The notes under the pieces are model-generated. The model had not been told where the DNA came from and did not search any database. It was given only the letters and a program-made list of their open reading frames with translations. A DNA stretch of 59,224 nucleotides, taken from a virus. Taxonomy: Duplodnaviria > Caudoviricetes. How positions within the stretch are numbered: the first letter of the stretch is position 1; each line of letters begins with the position of its first letter. The stretch is from positions 1 to 59,224 of the IMG/VR virus record IMGVR_UViG_3300042309_002053; one strand, 5' to 3'. Made by a program: the position numbers and the translations under genes. This document shows, piece by piece, positions 54,666 through 59,224 of the stretch.

Positions 54666-55277
54666 ATGAAAACTTTCTTTTCTCTACGCGAATCTACAAA
54701 GCTAAACGAAGGCGGTATTGAAACTCCTAAGAGAACAACACCTTTCGGCAATCCTCCTCCTGGTACCATTGCCCACGATCAAATGATGGGTAAGTATAAG
54801 CAGCTGAGAAAAGCTCAGAGGGAAAGAGAAGCCAAGAAAGAAAAGGTTGAAGAACAGGTAAAGACTACACACGAAGACCCTCTAGTTACTGTACATCAAG
54901 ACGGTGAATTGCATACTCATGCTAATCTCTCCACCGCTAACAACATTTTTAATACCAATGTCAAGCACACAGATGTACATAAGGGGCCTATTACTGTTAC
55001 CAGCGGCCGTGAAGATAAAAAGAAACTAAAATTTGCTCTTTCAATGCATCACGCTGCAGCCATGAAAGAAGAAACAGAACTTCAAGAAGGGGATTATTCT
55101 GTAACGGTAAGTCATAGACTAGAAGGCAAGACAACAAAACACGAATATACCGTGAAAAATGCTCAAAGCCCCAGACATGCCAAGCACATTGCAATGCAGA
55201 AGCATGAAAAGAAAATTGGACCATTGAAGCCAGGTGAACAGTTTAGCGCCAGCAATATGGATGTTAAAGAACTATAA
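54666..55277 (+). CDS. Candidate capsid-internal protein
   Basis: MKTF...LRE N-terminus; LNE, VEE, LQE sites; CCTAAATA late-promoter-like sequence at 54637-54644. Confidence 0.5.
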   Translation: MKTFFSLRESTKLNEGGIETPKRTTPFGNPPPGTIAHDQMMGKYKQLRKAQREREAKKEKVEEQVKTTHEDPLVTVHQDGELHTHANLSTANNIFNTNVKHTDVHKGPITVTSGREDKKKLKFALSMHHAAAMKEETELQEGDYSVTVSHRLEGKTTKHEYTVKNAQSPRHAKHIAMQKHEKKIGPLKPGEQFSASNMDVKEL

Positions 55278-55279
55278 TA

Positions 55280-55558
55280 ATGCAAATTAATGATATACTC
55301 AGCGATGAGGAAATAGAAGATTGTATCGAAGGTTCTTCTAGTATAGTATTAATTCGTCAAGCAATTAGTTTATCTCAAAATAATAATTTAGTTGATGAAG
55401 ATAGTTTCGCTGATATATTTGCATTTGAATTAAGAGATTTTATAGATTTTGAACCCAGTTCCCTAGAATATATGGAAGCATATGAAGTAAATTGGGACTG
55501 GGGATATAGTATTGCAGAAAATATTAACGAATTACTAGTTACTAAGTGGACGAAGTAA
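55280..55558 (+). CDS. Acidic hypothetical protein
   Basis: 92 aa ORF directly after the previous stop. Confidence 0.6.
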   Translation: MQINDILSDEEIEDCIEGSSSIVLIRQAISLSQNNNLVDEDSFADIFAFELRDFIDFEPSSLEYMEAYEVNWDWGYSIAENINELLVTKWTK

Positions 55559-55599
55559 CGTAACGTATCTATTGCATTTCGGTCTCGTGCTTCTATAAT
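55555..55599 (+). promoter_or_regulatory. Early promoter with CGTAAC element
   Basis: GTAACGTAACGTA..TTGCAT-16-TATAAT. Confidence 0.75.
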
Positions 55600-55623
55600 A
55601 GAGGTATGTTAAGGAGAGATGAA

Positions 55624-55914
55624 ATGCAAATGGGAACTTGCCCGGTCTGCAACGGATCGGGTCGCGTAGCTCTTTCAGATAGAGATCGCAAATACGCTCC
55701 AAACCTTTACGGTTACGATAAAGAAACCGATACTGTTCCTTGCCGTAACTGCGGTGGACAATCCATGTACGGAGAACCTACAGGGAAAGTACTTCTTCGG
55801 CCTGATGGAACTCCCTGCGTGCATGAATACGTTGGTGTCCAGCGAGGCCGCTGCTATACGGTCTATACATGCAAGCACTGCGGAAGCAGTTACGATATCG
55901 ATTCAGGAGACTGA
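55624..55914 (+). CDS. Zinc-ribbon protein (DnaJ-like CxxCxGxG)
   Basis: CPVCNGSG, CRNCGG, CKHCG; AGGAG RBS. Confidence 0.7.
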   Translation: MQMGTCPVCNGSGRVALSDRDRKYAPNLYGYDKETDTVPCRNCGGQSMYGEPTGKVLLRPDGTPCVHEYVGVQRGRCYTVYTCKHCGSSYDIDSGD

Positions 55915-55955
55915 CGTTACGTAACGGTTGCACTTTGGTCTGGTGCTGATATAAT
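55913..55955 (+). promoter_or_regulatory. Early promoter with CGTAAC element
   Basis: Palindrome CGTTACGTAACG, then G-TTGCAC-16-TATAAT. Confidence 0.78.
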
Positions 55956-55978
55956 GGATGTATTGAGATAGGAGATAC

Positions 55979-56338
55979 ATGATGCGAATTCTGATTACCA
56001 CCCAATTCCGCGAAAACTACGGCGCCCATGACTGGGACGGTACCGGTGAATGCCCTCAGTACTGGAAGTTCAAAGGCGGTGACGAAATCATCGTCGAGGT
56101 CGAAGGCTTCCGCTTTGATTCTGAGTTCGCTCGGAAGAACGCCGAGATCATTATTGACTCTATGCGCTCGAAGATCGAGCACAAGAGTGATTACTCGGAA
56201 GAGTATATCCTTGGTTGGGAATTCGTCGAAGACGACTTCATGACTCAGTTCGAGAAAGATCAGCTCGAGTTCGAAGGGAAAATTACTTTCCCGGCCAAGC
56301 GTATCAATTATGATGAGTTTGTTGCGGAGGCTGCATAA
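55979..56338 (+). CDS. Conserved phage hypothetical protein
   Basis: TQFRENYGAHDWDG.GECPQYWKFKGG; AGGAG RBS. Confidence 0.75.
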   Translation: MMRILITTQFRENYGAHDWDGTGECPQYWKFKGGDEIIVEVEGFRFDSEFARKNAEIIIDSMRSKIEHKSDYSEEYILGWEFVEDDFMTQFEKDQLEFEGKITFPAKRINYDEFVAEAA

Positions 56339-56517
56339 TGTATTACAAGCGAGTTCCCATGACCGTTCATGAGGCGGTTGCTTTCGAAACTGCTAAAGGG
56401 TTCGATACAAAGGATGAGTTTTACGAAGTGATGCGAGAGATTTCCGAGCTTTACGAAACCTCTCTTGCCGAGGTGCTTGGCATCTTCTATAATCAAGACT
56501 CAACTGCTGAGGTCTAA
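56338..56517 (+). CDS. hypothetical protein (59 aa, not in ORF track)
   Basis: TAATG coupling and GGAGG RBS; MYYKRVPMTVHEAVAFETAKG...STAEV. Confidence 0.65.
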   Translation: MYYKRVPMTVHEAVAFETAKGFDTKDEFYEVMREISELYETSLAEVLGIFYNQDSTAEV

Positions 56518-57003
56518 ATGTCTACCTTTAACGTTACTAGCCAAGAAGTTTCTGATCTGCATAATGCTAAGTGCTATTTGCGTTTTGCGCTTGAGCGCTG
56601 TAAAGAATTGTTCAAAGATGATAATCAGGTGCTGAAGGATCTTCAACGCTCTATGAATTCCCTGTACCCGGTAGCTTCTCGTCTAATGAGTGAACAGGAC
56701 GCTATTAATGATCAGAAGAGGAAAGTGTTTGAGGATATTCGAAAGCGCAACGGCTTTATTTCTATCTGGTCCATCTATGATATCAGTAACCTTTTTGATC
56801 TGTCTGGGCTAGAAGCTGAAGAACTGGTCTATGATGGGTGGGATGCAGAGTTTACTACACCTCTACCCGGGGGAAACCTTAAGTGGTGGGATCTTTACGC
56901 AGCTGCTGAAAAGCTTATCAAGCAAAGTGAAGATCAGGATCATATCTTTATCGAAGCGTTTAAAAAAGACGGTAACAAGATTTATCTTTTTTGTGGGAGC
57001 TAA
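56518..57003 (+). CDS. hypothetical protein
   Basis: GAGG RBS; SIWSIY...WWDLYAAAEKLI..S.D.DHIFIE.F. Confidence 0.7.
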   Translation: MSTFNVTSQEVSDLHNAKCYLRFALERCKELFKDDNQVLKDLQRSMNSLYPVASRLMSEQDAINDQKRKVFEDIRKRNGFISIWSIYDISNLFDLSGLEAEELVYDGWDAEFTTPLPGGNLKWWDLYAAAEKLIKQSEDQDHIFIEAFKKDGNKIYLFCGS

Positions 57004-57005
57004 TC

Positions 57006-57416
57006 ATGACAATGCCTGCTGGTAAGTATTATGTTGGAGATCTCTGCTACGTCCTGCATGATGAGTGGGATGAGTGTTGCAATTTGTTCTTCGAAGATCG
57101 CACCGATCATAAATGTAACGAGGGAGAATTTACTCTCCGGGATGGCCGGCGCTTTGCTACCTATAATACAGCTTATGGTGATGGTGGGTATTTTGATGAA
57201 CAGGGTAGGGAGTATGGCGTAGACTCCGGGGGTATTGGTTGCATTAAGCTTTTGGATATCGATCTAGCCAGCGGAAGTAACTATATCGACGGGGGTCAGA
57301 TTATTGACTTTCCCCGGGAATTCGAAACTGCATATCAAGACGGTAAAATTATTATCGGGCATGTAGTTATTGATACTGATCCAGATTATGAGAATGAATA
57401 CGATTATGAAAATTGA
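57006..57416 (+). CDS. Conserved phage hypothetical protein
   Basis: PAGKYYVGDLCYV...TAYGDG.Y.D...VDSG.IG. Confidence 0.72.
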   Translation: MTMPAGKYYVGDLCYVLHDEWDECCNLFFEDRTDHKCNEGEFTLRDGRRFATYNTAYGDGGYFDEQGREYGVDSGGIGCIKLLDIDLASGSNYIDGGQIIDFPREFETAYQDGKIIIGHVVIDTDPDYENEYDYEN

Positions 57417-57621
57417 TCGGTTTGAACTAGAGCAGAATATTACTGCATGCTGGAGTATTATTGAAGATATTAAACTGCTTCATGAAAATGTTCTAGAATC
57501 AGATATGTCTAAGGATGATATTTCTAATAACCTTATTGGGTTGGAATATCTTTATAATATGAAGTTTGAAAAACTGTGGCGAACCTTTGAATTTCTTATT
57601 GCAGAGAAGAAAATACTATGA
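57406..57621 (+). CDS. hypothetical protein
   Basis: DRFELEQ.I..CW...DI...KFEKLW..FE. Confidence 0.65.
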   Translation: MKIDRFELEQNITACWSIIEDIKLLHENVLESDMSKDDISNNLIGLEYLYNMKFEKLWRTFEFLIAEKKIL

Positions 57622-57803
57622 GCGATTTTGAAGTTCACGCTATTGGAACCTTCGAAGAAATAAAAGCTTCAAGGGAATTAGCTCGAGCCATCGAACAAAT
57701 TACTATTCAGTTTGGTAATGGTATTGTTCCTCATTCAGTATTTCAGGCTTATCAGAAATTACTAGCCGTTTACAATTTGCAAATCGCAAATGGAACTCCT
57801 TAA
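57618..57803 (+). CDS. hypothetical protein
   Basis: ATGA overlap; 61 aa. Confidence 0.6.
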   Translation: MSDFEVHAIGTFEEIKASRELARAIEQITIQFGNGIVPHSVFQAYQKLLAVYNLQIANGTP

Positions 57804-57828
57804 TACGAATAAGAATTATTCTTATCTA

Positions 57829-57871
57829 GACGTAACGTAACAGTTGCGTCTTTTTCTTTTGCTCCTATAAT
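57829..57871 (+). promoter_or_regulatory. Early promoter with CGTAAC element
   Basis: GACGTAACGTAACAG-TTGCGT-16-TATAAT. Confidence 0.78.
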
Positions 57872-57896
57872 GAGTGTAACGAAATAGGAGATCGCA

Positions 57897-58064
57897 ATGT
57901 TCAGCAACCTGATGAATGAAGTGGAAGCGCTGCGTAACGCTTGGGGTTACGGCATCCTTGAAGCTATAATGTGGATAAGGGAACATGAGGAAGAGTTTCC
58001 TTATGAGGTGCGCATGGAACTGAACGAGTTCATGCGTCAAGGTCAACAAATGTTTGGAGCTTAA
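57897..58064 (+). CDS. hypothetical protein (55 aa, not in ORF track)
   Basis: AGGAG RBS after the promoter; MFSNLMNEVEALRNAWGYG...QQMFGA. Confidence 0.7.
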   Translation: MFSNLMNEVEALRNAWGYGILEAIMWIREHEEEFPYEVRMELNEFMRQGQQMFGA

Positions 58065-58065
58065 T

Positions 58066-58299
58066 ATGTCTCGCATGTCTGAAATCGCAATGGAAATCGA
58101 AGATCTGATCCTGGTTGGCAACCTCTCTAACGAGGAAATTGCCAAGGTGTTGAACGTACCTATTGAGTGGGTAGAGAGTACCGAGAAAGGTCTGGTCGAG
58201 AGCGGAGATATCGATGATTCGATGGATGGAGATCATGAAACTGCTCTAGCCTCCGCTGGCTGGGGTACAGATGAGGATTATGGTTATTATGGAGAGTGA
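58066..58299 (+). CDS. Acidic hypothetical protein with HTH-like segment
   Basis: GGAG RBS; SNEEIAKVLNVPIEWV; DESMDGD-like DDSMDGDHETALASAGWGTDEDYG. Confidence 0.7.
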   Translation: MSRMSEIAMEIEDLILVGNLSNEEIAKVLNVPIEWVESTEKGLVESGDIDDSMDGDHETALASAGWGTDEDYGYYGE

Positions 58300-58465
58300 G
58301 CATTTTGTTCGCTGCGCCCTCTGCGGGGCAGAGCACGATACCAGCAAGGTTAAATTCCTGGATGTGGAAGAAGATCCGCTTGGTCGTGACGTAATGCACT
58401 TTGAATGCCCTATTACCGGGGAGGAAACCTGCTCCCTGGTATATCGCGGTAAAACTGGAGAATAA
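58289..58465 (+). CDS. Small zinc-ribbon-like protein
   Basis: CALCG...EED..GRD...FECP; GAGG upstream. Confidence 0.6.
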   Translation: MESEHFVRCALCGAEHDTSKVKFLDVEEDPLGRDVMHFECPITGEETCSLVYRGKTGE

Positions 58466-58466
58466 C

Positions 58467-58697
58467 GTGAAAGTATCCGATCTTATTAATATTTTGTCGC
58501 AATTCGATCCTGAGAGGGAAGTTCGAATTGCTCAACCTCAGCATGATTATTGGCATTCAACTGCTGCAGTAGATATTAACGAATTTGATATTGGATTGGT
58601 TAATGTGCAGCATTCAGATTATTTTCGTGCAGATGTAATTGCGGACGAATCTGATTACGAAGATGAAGAGCTTAAAGAAGTAGTATTGCTAGGTTAA
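58467..58697 (+). CDS. hypothetical protein
   Basis: GGAG RBS then GTG; MKVSDLINILSQFDPE.EV. Confidence 0.6.
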   Translation: MKVSDLINILSQFDPEREVRIAQPQHDYWHSTAAVDINEFDIGLVNVQHSDYFRADVIADESDYEDEELKEVVLLG

Positions 58698-58698
58698 T

Positions 58699-58803
58699 AT
58701 GGAAACGGTAGTATGGTTATTCTTTCTAGCATTTTTGCTAGAATTTATTGGAATAATTATTACTGTTTTTATAATGCGATTTGGAGTATATCGCGAGTGG
58801 TAA
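58699..58803 (+). CDS. 34 aa single-TM membrane peptide (not in ORF track)
   Basis: METVVWLFFLAFLLEFIGIIITVFIMRFGVYREW; AGGT upstream. Confidence 0.5.
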   Translation: METVVWLFFLAFLLEFIGIIITVFIMRFGVYREW

Positions 58804-58822
58804 AGACCTAGCAAAATGCTCG

Positions 58823-58865
58823 GACGTAACGAAACAGTTGCCTTTGGTCCTGATGCTCCTATAAT
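58823..58865 (+). promoter_or_regulatory. Early promoter with CGTAAC element
   Basis: GACGTAACGAAACAG-TTGCCT-16-TATAAT. Confidence 0.78.
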
Positions 58866-58895
58866 GGATGTATGGTGAATGAGAAAGGAACTGAA

Positions 58896-59132
58896 ATGAC
58901 TGACTTCGAATCCAAGTGCTACGGTATGACTCAAGAAGACATTCGTGAGGAATACATGAATTCCATCACTGCTCGTTTCAGCGGTCTTGAGATGGTTGTG
59001 ATGGGTATTCTGTCGGATGCTCAAGAGCTGATGAGCTTTGGGCATGAGCAAGCCTTCGATCAAGCTCGTAAGAACATGAACATCGCCAAGTTCATCCGGT
59101 CTGAGATGATGGCTGCAAAGGAAACTGCATAA
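58896..59132 (+). CDS. hypothetical protein
   Basis: AAAGGA RBS; MTDFESKCYG...ILSDAQEL...ARK.MNIAKF. Confidence 0.7.
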   Translation: MTDFESKCYGMTQEDIREEYMNSITARFSGLEMVVMGILSDAQELMSFGHEQAFDQARKNMNIAKFIRSEMMAAKETA

Positions 59133-59224
59133 TGGAAAACTTCAACGCTCTGTCTCGCCCGATGCGGGATACGATAATTTACTGCATGAATAATGCTCAG
59201 CAGTTCGTCGCTGATATGCATTTG
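59132..59224 (+). CDS. hypothetical protein, 3'-truncated by window
   Basis: TAATG coupling; frame open to the window end. Confidence 0.5.
   Translation, partial: MENFNALSRPMRDTIIYCMNNAQQFVADMHL

Noticed and set aside
52565-58865. CGTAAC repeats as CRISPR repeats or att sites
   Set aside because: Short, irregularly spaced and always fused to -35/-10 boxes ahead of genes, so they are promoter elements
1-59224. Frequent 6-bp palindromes (GGTACC, TCTAGA, AAGCTT) as proof of DNA modification
   Set aside because: Impression by eye only; needs an observed/expected k-mer calculation before it counts as evidence
1-59224. Stop-codon reassignment
   Set aside because: Core genes are full length in the standard code and TAA, TGA and TAG all end genes

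Overview
A 59-kb segment of a large T4-like myovirus genome, standard genetic code; a freshwater proteobacterial host is plausible but only inferred. In order: three 2OG-Fe(II) oxygenases beside a Gly-rich fibre-type protein; tail-fibre genes; the conserved T4-like block gp13-gp23, gp3, uvsY, uvsW, gp55; an ~11-kb 7-deazaguanine DNA-modification locus; gp47/gp46; a minus-strand late operon of exported, membrane and lipo-proteins; an ahpC/aldolase/antiporter/ahpD host-derived operon; and a region of small early genes with repeated promoters. The modification locus holds queE, folE, a DpdA/TGT-fold gene, a PurN-like formyltransferase, a P-loop NMP-kinase-like gene, queF, a MazG-like mini-protein, queC, a GATase, a dUTPase/dCD gene, queD and a DadA-like flavoprotein. 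Best leads: (1) this locus may make a formylated preQ1-type base at the nucleotide level; (2) preQ1-I-riboswitch-like folds in the leaders of queE and queD; (3) the late envelope operon with an Asn/Thr beta-repeat exported protein; (4) CGTAAC-repeat early promoters and an OxyR-like operator. No tRNA, CRISPR array, integrase or intron was seen. All calls come from motif reading by eye, not database searches.
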